A stretch of 64,000 nt of DNA from the human T2T-CHM13v2.0 reference genome, Homo sapiens, in the NCBI RefSeq assembly GCF_009914755.1, contig NC_060948.1; one strand, 5' to 3'. The translations under genes were made by a program, and so were the position numbers. A model generated the notes under the pieces. The model was not told the DNA's origin, ran no database searches, and saw only the letters and a list, made by a program, of their open reading frames with translations. Every line of letters starts with the position of its first letter. The first letter of the stretch is position 1. This document shows positions 39,713 through 59,047 of the stretch, piece after piece.

Positions 39713-41806
39713 AGATCCATATTTTTTAAATGAAAAAAAATTTCAAAGGTACTCTGCTTGGTACAATAATCAAATGTATAAACTGAGGAATAAAACATAA
39801 CCATGAAACCTACTTATAACTGCATATGGAAAATACAGAGGATAATTTTTTAAATAACATATTTTGAAAGCCTTAACTAGTAATTTGAAGAGTTGGCATT
39901 TGAAAGGCCAGTATGAATATACCTTCAAAGCAGCAACACAGGTTCCCCATGAGAAACAGCAAACTCAGGGAAAATAAAACCACAAAGGTTCAAGCTCTTC
40001 TGACCTTTGAAAGACACAGCACAGACAGTGGTCCTTAGGACGAAGAGCAGGAGACCCCTAATTCCGTCACCATGGCGATAGGGCATAAACATTGCTGGGT
40101 GAGGGCACAATCCACATTGTGAGGTCCAACTGCTGCCAGGAAGACAGGAGTGCTTTTACATAGACCGAAAGGTCATTGAAGGCTCAGAGTTTTGTTTCAA
40201 GAACTGAATCCCAAGCCCACACGTTATTAGGCTGCGCTTCTTAAAACAAGCTATGAGATGGGAAAAAGGGCACCCACAAACATACGTATACATTATGTAT
40301 ATAATAATATACAGTATCATATATATAATATATATAACCTATGTATAATATTGTTTTACATCCTGCATCTTATATTATATATATTGTCTAAAATATAATA
40401 ATTGATAATATATAAGTTTTATATTTATACAATATGACATATAGTATATATTATAATTTATGACATATATAATATATGTTATATATCATATATAGAATAT
40501 ATTATACGGTTAATATACGTATTAAATATAAATTATACATTATATATATTATATATAATATATCTGTTATATATAATACCCATTATGCATAATATGTATA
40601 TTATGTCTCTGTTATATATAGTATAAAACAACATATAATAATATATAATTGTATATATAAAATGCGACATATAATATATATTATATTTTATGACATATGT
40701 AATATATATTATATATTATATATAATACGTTGTATGTATAATACCTATATTAAATATATATTATATGACTATGTTATTAATTACATGTCACATGTGTTAT
40801 ATATTATATATTTTACATAGAATATACCGGTTACATACAATATATACTATGTTACCTATAATGTATAATTGATTACATGTAAAATAAAGAATGCAATATA
40901 TTATGTATAATTTATAATATACAATATGTGGAATGTGATATATATAACATAGAATATATGATATATGATATACAGTATATGATATATAACATACAATATA
41001 TGATACCTAGTATATATGGTATACAATATATATTTTATGATATGTATTCTATATGTTTTATATTCTGTTATATATAACTATTTGAAATTATATATAACTG
41101 TATAATATTTTATGTAAATATGTAATATAATATATATAACTATATAATATATTATATATAACTATATATTATGTTATATATACTTTTATATCATAATTTA
41201 CATAAAATGTCATAATATAATATATATTATACTATTTCATATTACATAATATATATTACATATCACCCAATATAAGTAACATACATAATATTATAATATA
41301 GATTATATTGTTATGTTAAATATCATATATATCATGTATCATATATTCTATAATATATATTATACATAATATAATATGTATGTTGTCTATTATGTGATAT
41401 ATATAACTATATATTATTATATTATTATACATATAACTAGATAAACATGTAATTCTACATATTTTCATTTATAATATATAGAATTATATAATCATATATA
41501 ATTATTTATATTCTATAAAAAATTATATCATTATATAAATTATAATATAAAAAAATTATAATATGTACTACAAATATATATATTATATATCATATATGAT
41601 ATAGTACCTTTGTTATATATCATAATACATATAAATGTGTATTATGATATCTATAATTATATAATTTCATATATAAGATGTATAATATGTATTATATATT
41701 GTATATGTTATGTAATATATATAGTATATATAAGCTGACACAGGTTAAATATTATATACTATGACATATAAAATATATGAGGTTATATGTTACATATAAG
41801 GCATAG

Positions 41807-42127
<321 letters not shown>

Positions 42128-44223
42128 AGATCCATATTTTTTAAATGAAAAAAAATTTCAAAGGTACTCTGCTTGGTACAATAATCAAATGTATAAACTG
42201 AGGAATAAAACATAACCATGAAACCTACTTATAACTGCATATGGAAAATACAGAGGATAATTTTTTAAATAACATATTTTGAAAGCCTTAACTAGTAATT
42301 TGAAGAGTTGGCATTTGAAAGGCCAGTATGAATATACCTTCAAAGCAGCAACACAGGTTCCCCATGAGAAACAGCAAACTCAGGGAAAATAAAACCACAA
42401 AGGTTCAAGCTCTTCTGACCTTTGAAAGACACAGCACAGACAGTGGTCCTTAGGACGAAGAGCAGGAGACCCCTAATTCCGTCACCATGGCGATAGGGCA
42501 TAAACATTGCTGGGTGAGGGCACAATCCACATTGTGAGGTCCAACTGCTGCCAGGAAGACAGGAGTGCTTTTACATAGACCGAAAGGTCATTGAAGGCTC
42601 AGAGTTTTGTTTCAAGAACTGAATCCCAAGCCCACACGTTATTAGGCTGCGCTTCTTAAAACAAGCTATGAGATGGGAAAAAGGGCACCCACAAACATAC
42701 GTATACATTATGTATATAATAATATACAGTATCATATATATAATATATATAACCTATGTATAATATTGTTTTACATCCTGCATCTTATATTATATATATT
42801 GTCTAAAATATAATAATTGATAATATATAAGTTTTATATTTATACAATATGACATATAGTATATATTATAATTTATGACATATATAATATATGTTATATA
42901 TCATATATAGAATATATTATACGGTTAATATACGTATTAAATATAAATTATACATTATATATATTATATATAATATATCTGTTATATATAATACCCATTA
43001 TGCATAATATGTATATTATGTCTCTGTTATATATAGTATAAAACAACATATAATAATATATAATTGTATATATAAAATGCGACATATAATATATATTATA
43101 TTTTATGACATATGTAATATATATTATATATTATATATAATACGTTGTATGTATAATACCTATATTAAATATATATTATATGACTATGTTATTAATTACA
43201 TGTCACATGTGTTATATATTATATATTTTACATAGAATATACCGGTTACATACAATATATACTATGTTACCTATAATGTATAATTGATTACATGTAAAAT
43301 AAAGAATGCAATATATTATGTATAATTTATAATATACAATATGTGGAATGTGATATATATAACATAGAATATATGATATATGATATACAGTATATGATAT
43401 ATAACATACAATATATGATACCTAGTATATATGGTATACAATATATATTTTATGATATGTATTCTATATGTTTTATATTCTGTTATATATAACTATTTGA
43501 AATTATATATAACTGTATAATATTTTATGTAAATATGTAATATAATATATATAACTATATAATATATTATATATAACTATATATTATGTTATATATACTT
43601 TTATATCATAATTTACATAAAATGTCATAATATAATATATATTATACTATTTCATATTACATAATATATATTACATATCACCCAATATAAGTAACATACA
43701 TAATATTATAATATAGATTATATTATGTTATGTTAAATATCATATATATCATGTATCATATATTCTATAATATATATTATACATAATATAATATGTATGT
43801 TGTCTATTATGTGATATATATAACTATATATTATTATATTATTATACATATAACTAGATAAACATGTAATTCTACATATTTTCATTTATAATATATAGAA
43901 TTATATAATCATATATAATTATTTATATTCTATAAAAAATTATATCATTATATAAATTATAATATAAAAAAATTATAATATGTACTACAAATATATATAT
44001 TATATATCATATATGATATAGTACCTTTGTTATATATCATAATACATATAAATGTGTATTATGATATCTATAATTATATAATTTCATATATAAGATGTAT
44101 AATATGTATTATATATTGTATATGTTATGTAATATATATAGTATATATAAGCTGACACAGGTTAAATATTATATACTATGACATATAAAATATATGAGGT
44201 TATATGTTACATATAAGGCATAG

Positions 44224-44544
<321 letters not shown>

Positions 44545-46647
44545 AGATCCATATTTTTTAAATGAAAAAAAATTTCAAAGGTACTCTGCTTGGTACAATA
44601 ATCAAATGTATAAACTGAGGAATAAAACATAACCATGAAACCTACTTATAACTGCATATGGAAAATACAGAGGATAATTTTTTAAATAACATATTTTGAA
44701 AGCCTTAACTAGTAATTTGAAGAGTTGGCATTTGAAAGGCCAGTATGAATATACCTTCAAAGCAGCAACACAGGTTCCCCATGAGAAACAGCAAACTCAG
44801 GCAAAATAAAACCACAAAGGTTCAAGCTCTTCTGACCTTTGAAAGACACAGCACAGACAGTGGTCCTTAGGACGAAGAGCAGGAGACCCCTAATTCCGTC
44901 ACCATGGCGATAGGGCATAAACATTGCTGGGTGAGGGCACAATCCACATTGTGAGGTCCAACTGCTGCCAGGAAGACAGGAGTGCTTTTACATAGACCGA
45001 AAGGTCATTGAAGGCTCAGAGTTTTGTTTCAAGAACTGAATCCCAAGCCCACACGTTATTAGGCTGCGCTTCTTAAAACAAGCTATGAGATGGGAAAAAG
45101 GGTACCCACAAACATACGTATACATTATGTATATAATAATATACAGTATCATATATATAATATATATAACCTATGTATAATATTGTTTTACATCCTGCAT
45201 CTTATATTATATATATTGTCTAAAATATAATAATTGATAATATATAAGTTTTATATTTATACAATATGACATATAGTATATATTATAATTTATGACATAT
45301 ATAATATATGTTATATATCATATATAGAATATATTATACGGTTAATATACGTATTAAATATAAATTATACATTATATATATTATATATAATATATCTGTT
45401 ATATATAATACCCATTATGCATAATATGTATATTATGTCTTTGTTATATATAGTATAAAACAACATATAATAATATATAATTGTATATATAAAATGCGAC
45501 ATATAATATATATTATATTTTATGACATATGTAATATATATTATATATTATATATAATACGTTGTATGTATAATACCTATATTAAATATATATTATATGA
45601 CTATGTTATTAATTACATGTCACATATGTTATATATTATATATTTTACATAGAATATACCGGTTACATACAATATATACTATGTTACCTATAATGTATAA
45701 TTGATTACATGTAAAATAAAGAATGCAATATATTATGTATAATTTATAATATACAATATGTGGAATGTGATATATATAACATATAATATATGATATATGA
45801 TATACAGTATATGATATATAACACACAATATATGATACCTAATATATATGGTATACAATATATATTTTATGATATGTATTCTATATGTTTTATTTTCTGT
45901 TATATATAACTATTTGAAATTATATATAACTGTATAATATTTTATGTAAATATGTAATATAATATATATAACTATATAATATATTATATATAACTATATA
46001 TTATGTTATATATACTTTTATAACATAATTTACATTAAATATCATAATATAATATATATTATATTATTTCACATTACATAATATATATTACATATCACCC
46101 AATATAAGTAACATACATAATATTATAATATAGATTATATTATGTTATATTAAATATCATATATATCATGTATCATATATTCTATAATATATATTACACA
46201 TTATATAATATGTATGTTGTCTATTATGTGATATATATAACTATATATATAATTATATTATTATACATATAACTAGATAAACATGAAATTCTACATATTT
46301 TCATTTATAATATATAGAATTATATAATCATATATAATTATTTATATTCTATAAAAAATTATATCATTATATAAATTATAATATATAAAAATTATAATAT
46401 GTACTACAAATATATATATTATATATCATATATGATATAGTACCTTTGTTATATATCATAATACATATAAATGTGTATTATGTTATCTACAATTATATAA
46501 TTTCATATATAAGATATATAATATGTATTATATATTGTATATGTTATGTAATATATAGTATATATAAGCTGACACAGGATAAATATTATATACTATGACA
46601 TATAAAATATATGAGGTTATATGTTACATATAAGGCATAGCACATAA

Positions 46648-46962
<315 letters not shown>

Positions 46963-49069
46963 AGATCCATATTTTGTAAATGAAAAACAATTTCAAAGGT
47001 ACTCTGCTTGGTACAATAATCAAATGTATAAACTGAGGAATGAAACATAACCATGAAACCTACTTATAACTGCATATGGAAAATACAGAGGATAATTTTT
47101 TAAATAACATATTTTGAAAGCCTTAACTAGTAATTTGAAGAGTTGGCATTTGAAAGGCCAGTATGAATATACCTTCAAAGCAGCAACACAGGTTCCCCAT
47201 GAGAAAAAGCAAACTCAGGGAAAATAAAACCACAAAGGTTCAATCTCTTCTGACCTTTGAAAGACACAGCACAGACAGTGGTCCTTAGGACGAAGAGCAG
47301 GAGACCCCTAATTCCGTCACCATGGCGATAGGGCATAAACATTGCTGGGTGAGGGCACAATCCACATTGTGAGGTCCAACTGCTGCCAGGAAGACAGGAC
47401 TGCTTTTACATAGACCGAAAGGTCATTGAAGGCTCAGAGTTTTGTTTCAAGAACTGAATCCCAAGCCCACATGTTATTAGGCTGCGCTTCTTAAAACAAG
47501 TTATGAGATGGGAAAAAGGGCACCCACAAACATACGTATACATTATGTATATAATAATATACAGTATCATATATATAATATATATAACCTATGTATAATA
47601 TTGTTTTACATCCTGCATCTTATATTATATATATTGTCTAAAATATAATAATTGATAATATATAAGTTTTATATTTATACAATATGACATATAGTATATA
47701 TTATAATTTATGACATATATAATATATGTTATATATCATATATAGAATATATTATACGGTTAATATACGTATTAAATATAAATTATACATTATATATATT
47801 ATATATAATATATCTGTTATATATAATACCCATTATGCATAATATATATATTATGTCTATGTTATATATAGTATAAAACAACATATAATAATATATAATT
47901 GTATATATAAAATGCGACATATAATATATATTTTATTTTATGACATATGTAATATATATTATATATTATATATAATATGTTGTATGTATAATACCTATAT
48001 TAAATATATATTATATGACTATGTTATTAATTACATGTCACATATGTTATATATTATATATTTTACATAGAATATACCGGTTACATACAATTTATACTAT
48101 GTTACCTATAATGTATAATTGATTACATGTAAAATAAAGAATGCAATATATTATGTATAATTTATAATATACAATATGTGGAATGTGATATATATAACAT
48201 ATAATATATGATATATGATATACAGTATATGATATATAACATACAATATATGATACCTAATATATATGGTATACAATATATATTTTATGATATGTATTCT
48301 ATATGTTTTATATTCTGTTATATATAACTATTTGAAATTATATATAACTGTATATTTTATGTAAATATGTAATATAATATATATAACTATATAATATATT
48401 ATATATAACTATATATTATGTTATATATACTTTTATAACATAATTTACATAAAATGTCATAATATAATATATATTATATTATTTCATATTACATAATATA
48501 TATTACATATCACCCAATATAAGTAACATACATAATATTATAATATAGATTATATTATGTTATGTTAAATATCATATATATCATGTATCATATATTCTAT
48601 AATATATATTATACATTATATAATATGTATGTTGTCTATTATGTGACATATATAACTATATATTATTATATTATTATACATATAACTAGATAAACATGTA
48701 ATTCTACATATTTTCATTTATAATATATAGAATTATATAATCATATATAATTATTTATATTCTATAAAAAATTATATCATTATATAAATTATAATATAAA
48801 AAAATTATAATATGTACTACAAATATATATATTATATATCATATATGATATAGTACCTTTGTTATATATCATAATACATATAAATGTGTATTATGTTATC
48901 TATAATTATATAATTTCATATATAAGATGTATAATATGTATTATATATTGTATATGTTATGTAATATATATAGTATATATAAGCTGACACAGGTTAAATA
49001 TTATATACTATGACATATAAAATATATGAGGTTATATGTTACATATAAGGCATAGCACATAACATGTAA

Positions 49070-49376
<307 letters not shown>

Positions 49377-51481
49377 AGATCCATATTTTTTAAATGAAAA
49401 AAAATTTCAAAGGTACTCTGCTTGGTACAATAATCAAATGTATAAACTGAGGAATAAAACATAACCATGAAACCTACTTATAACTGCATATGGAAAATAC
49501 AGAGGATAATTTTTTAAATAACATATTTTGAAAGCCTTAACTAGTAATTTGAAGAGTTGGCATTTGAAAGGCCAGTATGAATATACCTTCAAAGCAGCAA
49601 CACAGGTTCCCCATGAGAAAAAGCAAACACAGGGAAAATAAAAACACAAAGGTTCAATCTCTTCTGACCTTTGAAAGACACAGCACAGACAGTGGTCCTT
49701 AGGACGCAGAGCAGGAGACCCCTAATTCCGTCACCATGGCGATAGGGCATAAACATTGCTGGGTGAGGGCACAATCCACATTGAGAGGTCCAACTGCTGC
49801 CAGGAAGACAGGAGTGCTTTTACATAGACCGAAAGGTCATTGAAGGCTCAGAGTTTTGTTTCAAGAACTGAATCCCAAGCCCACACGTTATTAGGCTGCG
49901 CTTCTTAAAACAAGTTATGAGATGGGAAAAAGGGCACCCACAAACATACGTATACATTATGTATATAATAATATACAGTATCATATATAAAATATGTATA
50001 ACCTATGTATAATATTGTTTTACATCCTGCATCTTATATTATATATATTGTATAAAATATAATAATTGATAATATATAAGTTTTATATTTATACAATATG
50101 ACATATAGTATATATTATACTTTATGACATATATAATATATGTTATATATCATATATAGAATATATTATACGGTTAATATACGTATTAAATATAAATTAT
50201 ACATTATATATATTATATAAAATATATCTGTTATATATAATACCCATTATGCATAATACATATATTATGTCTATGTTATATATAGTATAAAACAACATAT
50301 AATAATATATAATTGTATATATAAAATGCGACATATAATATATATTATATTTTAGGACATATGTAATATATATTATATATTATATATAATACGTTGTATG
50401 TATAATACCTATATTAAATATATATTATATGACTATGTTATTAATTACATGTCACATATGTTATATATTATATATTTTACATAGAATATACCGGTTACAT
50501 ACAATATATACTATGTTACCTATAATGTATAATTGATTACATGTAAAATAAAGAATGCAATATATTATGTATAATTTATAATATACAATATGTGGAATGT
50601 GAGATATATAACATATAATATATGATATATGATATACAGTATATGATATATAACATACAATATATGATTCCTAATATATATGGTATACAATATATATTTT
50701 ATGATATGTATTCTATATGTTTTATATTCTGTTATATATAACTATTTGAAATTATATATAACTGTATAATATTTTATGTAAATATGTAATATAATATATA
50801 TAACTATATAATATATTATATATAACTATATATTATGTTATATATACTTTTATAACATAATTTACATAAAATATCATAATATAATATATATTATATTATT
50901 TCATATTACATAATATATATTACATATCACCCAATATAACTAACATACACAATATTATTATATAGATTATATTATATTATATTAAATATCATATATATCA
51001 TGTATCATATATTCTATAATATATATTACACATTATATAATATGTATGTTGTCTAATATGTGATATATATAACTATATATATAATTATATTTTTATACAT
51101 ATAACTAGATAAACATGTAATTCTACATATTTTCATTTATAATATGTAGAATTATATAATCATATATAATTATTTATATTCTATAAAAAATTTTATCATT
51201 ATATAAATTATAATATATAAAAATTATAATATGTACTACAAATATATATATTATATATCATATATGATATAGTACCTTTGTTATATATCATAATACATAT
51301 AAATGTGTTTTATGTTATCTATAATTATATAATTTCATATATAAGATGTATAATATGTATCATATATTATATATGTTATGTAATATATATAGTATATATA
51401 AGATGACACAGGATAAATATTATATACTATGACATATAAAATATATCAGGTTATATGTTACATATAAGGCATAGCACATAA

Positions 51482-51796
<315 letters not shown>

Positions 51797-53920
51797 AGAT
51801 CCATATTTTTTAAATGAAAAAAAATTTCAAAGGTACTCTGCTTGGTACAATAATCAAATGTATAAACTGAGGAATAAAACATAACCATGAAACCTACTTA
51901 TAACTGCATATGGAAAATACAGAGGATAATTTTTTAAATAACATATTTTGAAAGCCTTAACTAGTAATTTGAAGAGTTGGCATTTGAAAGGCCAGTATGA
52001 ATATACCTTCAAAGCAGCAACACAGGTTCCCCATGAGAAAAAGCAAACACAGGGAAAATAAAAACACAAAGGTTCAATCTCTTCTGACCTTTGAAATACA
52101 CAGCACAGACAGTGGTCCTTAGGACGAAGAGCAGGAGACCCCTAATTCCGTCACCATGGCGATAGGGCATAAACATTGCTGGGTGAGGGCACAATCCACA
52201 TTGAGAGGTCCAACTGCTGCCAGGAAGACAGGAGTGCTTTTACATAGACCGAAAGGTCATTGAAGGCTCAGAGTTTTGTTTCAAGAACTGAATCCCAAGC
52301 CCACACGTTATTAGGCTGCGCTTCTTAAAACAAGTTATGAGATGGGAAAAAGGGCACCCACAAACATACGTATACATTATGTATATAATAATATACAGTA
52401 TCATATATATAATATATATAACCTATGTATAATATTGTTTTACATCCTGCATCTTATATTATATATATTGTATAAAATATAATAATTCATAATATATAAC
52501 GTTTATATTTATACAATATGACATATAGTATATATTATAATTTATGACATATATAATATATGTTATATATCATATATAGAATATATTATACGGTTAATAT
52601 ACGTATTAAATATAAATTATACATTATATATATTATATAAAATATATCTGTTATATATAATACCCTTTATGCATAATATATATATTATGTCTACGTTATA
52701 TATAGTATAAAACAACATATAATAATATATAATTGTATATATAAAATGCGACATATAATATATATTATATTTTATGACATATGTAATATATATTATATAT
52801 TATATATAATACGTTGTATGTATAATACCTATATTAAATATATATTATATGACTATGTTATTAATTACATGTCACATATGTTATATATTATATATTTTAC
52901 ATAGAATATACCGGTTACATGCAATATATACTATGTTACCTATAATGTATAATTGATTACATGTAAAATAAAGAATGCAAAATATTATGTATAATTTATA
53001 ATATACAATATGTGGAATGTGATATATATAACATATAATATATGATATATGATATACAGTACATGATATATAACATACAATATATGATACCTAATATATA
53101 TGGTATACAATATATATTTTATGATATGTATTCTATATGTTTTATATTCTGTTATATATAACTATTTGAAATTATATATAACTGTATAATATTTTATGCA
53201 AATATGTAATATAATATATATAACTATATAATATATTATATATAACTATATATTATGTTATATATACTTTTATCACATAATTTACATTAAATATCATAAT
53301 ATAATATATATTATATTATTTCACATTACATAATATATATTACATATCACCCAATATAAGTAACATACATAATATTATAATATAGATTATATTATGTTAT
53401 ATTAAATATCATATATATCATGTATCATATATTCTATAATATATATTACACATTATATAATATGTATGTTGTCTATTATGTGATATATATAACTATATAA
53501 AATTATATTATTATACATATAACTAGATAAACATGTAATTCTACATATTTTCATTTATAATATATAGAATTATATAATCATATATAATTATTTATATTCT
53601 ATAAAAAATTATATCATTATATAAATTATAATATATAAAAATTATAATATGTACTACATATATATATTATATATCATATATGATATAGTACCTTTGTTAT
53701 ATATCATAATACATATAAATGTGTATTATGTTATCTATAATTATATAATTTCATATATAAGTTGTAAAATATGTATCAAATATTATATATGTTATGTAAT
53801 ATATATAGTATATATAAGCTGACACAGGATAAATATTATATACTATGACATATAAAATATATGAGGTTATATGTTACATATAAGGCATAGCACATAACAT
53901 GTAATATATATCATATATAA

Positions 53921-54212
<292 letters not shown>

Positions 54213-56340
54213 AGATCCATATTATTTAAATGAAAAAAAATTTCAAAGGTACTCTGCTTGGTACAATAATCAAATGTATAAACTGAGGAATAAAACATAA
54301 CCATGAAACCTACTTATAACTGCATATGGAAAATACAGAGGATAATTTTTTAAATAACATATTTTGAAAGCCTTAACTAGTAATTTGAAGAGTTGGCATT
54401 TGAAAGGCCAGTATGAATATACCTTCAAAGCAGCAACACAGGTTCCCCTTGAGAAAAAGCAAACACAGGGAAAATAAAAACACAAAGGTTCAATCTCTTC
54501 TGACCTTTGAAAGACACAGCACAGACAGTGGTCCTTAGGACGCAGAGCAGGAGACCCCTAATTCCGTCACCATGGCGATAGGGCATAAACATTGCTGGGT
54601 GAGGGCACAATCCACATTGAGAGGTCCAACTGCTGCCAGGAAGACAGGAGTGCTTTTACATAGACCGAAAGGTCATTGAAGGCTCAGAGTTTTGTTTCAA
54701 GAACTGAATCCCAAGCCCACACGTTATTAGGCTGCGCTTCTTAAAACAAGTTATGAGATGGGAAAAAGGGCACCCACAAACATACGTATACATTATGTAT
54801 ATAATAATATACAGTATCATATATAAAATATGTATAACCTATGTATAACATTGTTTTACATCCTGCATCTTATATTATATATATTGTATAAAATATAATA
54901 ATTGATAATATATAAGTTTTATATTTATACAATATGACATATAGTATATATTATACTTTATGACATATATAATATATGTTATATATCATATATAGAATAT
55001 ATTATACGGTTAATATACGTATTAAATATAAATTACACATTATATATATTATATAAAATATATCTGTTATATATAATACCCATTATGCATAATATATATA
55101 TTATGTCTATGTTATATATAGTATAAAACAACATATAATAATATATAATTGTATATATAAAATGCGACATATAATATATATTATATTTTATGACATATGT
55201 AATATATATTATATATTATATATAATACGTTGTATGTATAATACCTATATTAAATATATATTATATGACTATGTTATTAATTACATGTCACATATGTTAT
55301 ATATTATATATTTTACATAGAATATACCGGTTACATACAATATATACTATGTTACCTATAATGTATAATTGATTACATGTAAAATAAAGAATGCAATATA
55401 TTATGTATAATTTATAATATACAATATGTGGAATGTGATATATATAACATATAATATGTGATATATGATATAGAGTATATGATATATAACATACAATTTA
55501 TGATTCCTAATATATATTGTATACAATATATATTTTATGATATGTATTCTATATGTTTTATATTCTGTTATATATAACTATTTGAAATTATATATAACTG
55601 TATAATATTTTATGTAAATATGTAATATAATATATATAACTATATAATATATTATATATAACTATATATTATGTTATATATACTTTTATAACATAATTTA
55701 CATAAAATATCATAATATAATATATATTATATTATTTCATATTACATAATATATATTACATATCACCCAATATAACTAACATACATAATATTATAATATA
55801 GATTATATTATATTATATTAAATATCATATATATCATGTATCATATATTCTATAATATATATTACACATTATATAATATGTATGTTGTCTAATATGTGAT
55901 ATATATAACTATATATATAATTATATTTTTATACATATAACTAGATAAACATGTAATTCTACATATTTTCATTTATAATATGTAGAATTATATAATCATA
56001 TATAATTATTTATATTCTATAAAAAATTTTATCATTATATAAATTATAATATATAAAAATTATAATATGTACTACAAATATATATATTATATATCATATA
56101 TGATATAGTACCTTTGTTATATATCATAATACATATAAATGTGTATTATGTTATCTATAATTATATAATTTCATATATAAGATGTATAATATGTATCATA
56201 TATTATATATGTTATGTAATATATATAGTATATATAAGATGACACAGGATAAATATTATATACTATGACATATAAAATATATCAGGTTATATGTTACATA
56301 TAAGGCATAGCACATAACATGTAATATATATCATATATAA

Positions 56341-56630
56341 TTTTTTTTAGACAGAATCTTGTCCTGTTGCACAGGGTGGGGTACAATGGCGCCATCTTTG
56401 CTCACTGCAACTTCTGCCTCACGGGTCCAAGCGATTGTCCTCCCTCAGCCTCCCAGGTAGCTGGGACTACACCACACTGGGACTACAGCAGCTGCCACCA
56501 TGCCTAGCTAATTTTTTGGATTTTTAGTAGTGACAGCGTTTCACTGTATTGGCCAGGATGGTCTTGATCTCTTCACCTTGTGATCCCCTTGCCTTGGCCT
56601 CCAAATTTGCGGGATTACAGGCCTGAGCCA
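56341..56630 (-). mobile_element. Alu in satellite unit 24
   Basis: Copy of 738-1029 with a 1-bp deletion near 56610. Confidence 0.95.
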
Positions 56631-58732
56631 AGATCCATATTTTTTAAATGAAAAAAAATTTCAAAGGTACTCTGCTTGGTACAATAATCAAATGTATAAA
56701 CTGAGGAATAAAACATAACCATGAAACCTACTTATAACTGCATATGGAAAATACAGAGGATAATTTTTTAAATAACATATTTTGAAAGCCTTAACGAGTA
56801 ATTTGAAGAGCTGGCATTTGAAAGGCCTGTATGAATATACCTTCAAAGCAGCAACACAGGTTCCCCATGAGAAAAAGCAAACACAGGGAAAATAAAAACA
56901 CAAAGGTTCAATCTCTTCTGACCTTTGAAAGACACAGCACAGACAGTGGTCCTTAGGACGAAGAGCAGGAGACCCCTAATTCCGTCACCATGGCGATAGG
57001 GCATAAACATTGCTGGGTGAGGGCACAATCCACATTGTGAGGTCCAACTGCTGCCAGGAAGACAGGAGTGCTTTTACATAGACCGAAAGGTCATTGAAGG
57101 CTCAGAGTTTTGTTTCAAGAACTGAATCCCAAGCCCACACGTTATTAGGCTGCGCTTCTTAAAACAAGTTATGAGATGGGAAAAAGGGCACCCACAAACA
57201 TACGTATACATTATGTATATAATAATATACAGTATCATATATATAATATATATAACCTATGTATAATATTGTTTTACATCCTGCATCTTATGTTATATAT
57301 ATTGTATAAAATATAATAATTGATAATATATAAGTTTTATAATTATACAATATGACCTATAGAATATATTATAATTTATGACATATATAATATATGTTAT
57401 ATATCATATATAGAATATATTATACGGTTAATATACGTATTAAATATAAATTATACATTATATATATTATATATAATATATCTGTTATATATAATACCCA
57501 TTATGCATAATATATATATTATGTCTATATTATATATAGTATAAAACAACATATAATAATATATAATTGTATATATAAAATGCGACATATAATATATATT
57601 ATATTTATTAACATATGTAATATATATTATATATTATATATAATACGTTGTATGTATAATACCTATATTACATATATATTATATGACTATGTTATTAATT
57701 ACATGTCACATGTGTTATATATTATATATTTTATATAGAATATACCGGTTACATACAATATATACTATGTTACCTATAATGTATAATTTATTACATGTAA
57801 AATAAAGAATGCAATATATTATGTATAATTTATAATATACCATATGTGGAATGTGATATATATAACATATAATATATGATAAATGATATACAGTATATGA
57901 TATATAACATACAATATATGATTCCTAATATATATGGTATACAATATATATTTTATGATATGTATTCTATATGTTTTATATTCTGTTATATATAACTATT
58001 TGAAATTATATATAACTGTATATTTTATGTAAATATGTAATATAATATATATAACTATATAATATATTATATATAACTATATATTATGTTATATATACTT
58101 TTATAACATAATTTACATAAAATATCATAATATAATATATATTATACTATTTCATATTACATAATATATATTACATATCGCCCAATATAACTAACATACA
58201 TAATATTATAATATAGATTATATTATGTTATATTAAATATCATATATATCATGTATCATATATTCTATAATATATATTCCACATTATATAATATGTATGT
58301 TGTCCATTATGTGATATATATAACTATATATATAATTATATTTTTATACATATAACTAGATAAACATGTAATTCTACATATTTTCATTTATAATATGTAG
58401 AATTATATAATCATATATAATTATTTATATTCTATAAAAAATTTCATCATTATATAAATTATAATATATAAAAATTATAATATGTACTACAAATATATAT
58501 ATTATATATCATATATGATATAGTACCTTTGTTATATATCATAATACATATAAATGTGTATTATGTTATCTATAATTATATAATTTCATATATAAGATGT
58601 ATAATATGTATCATATATTATATATGTTATGTAATATATATAGTATATATAAGATGACACAGGATAAATATTATATACTATGACATATAAAATATATCAG
58701 GTTATATGTTACATATAAGGCATAGCACATAA

Positions 58733-59047
<315 letters not shown>
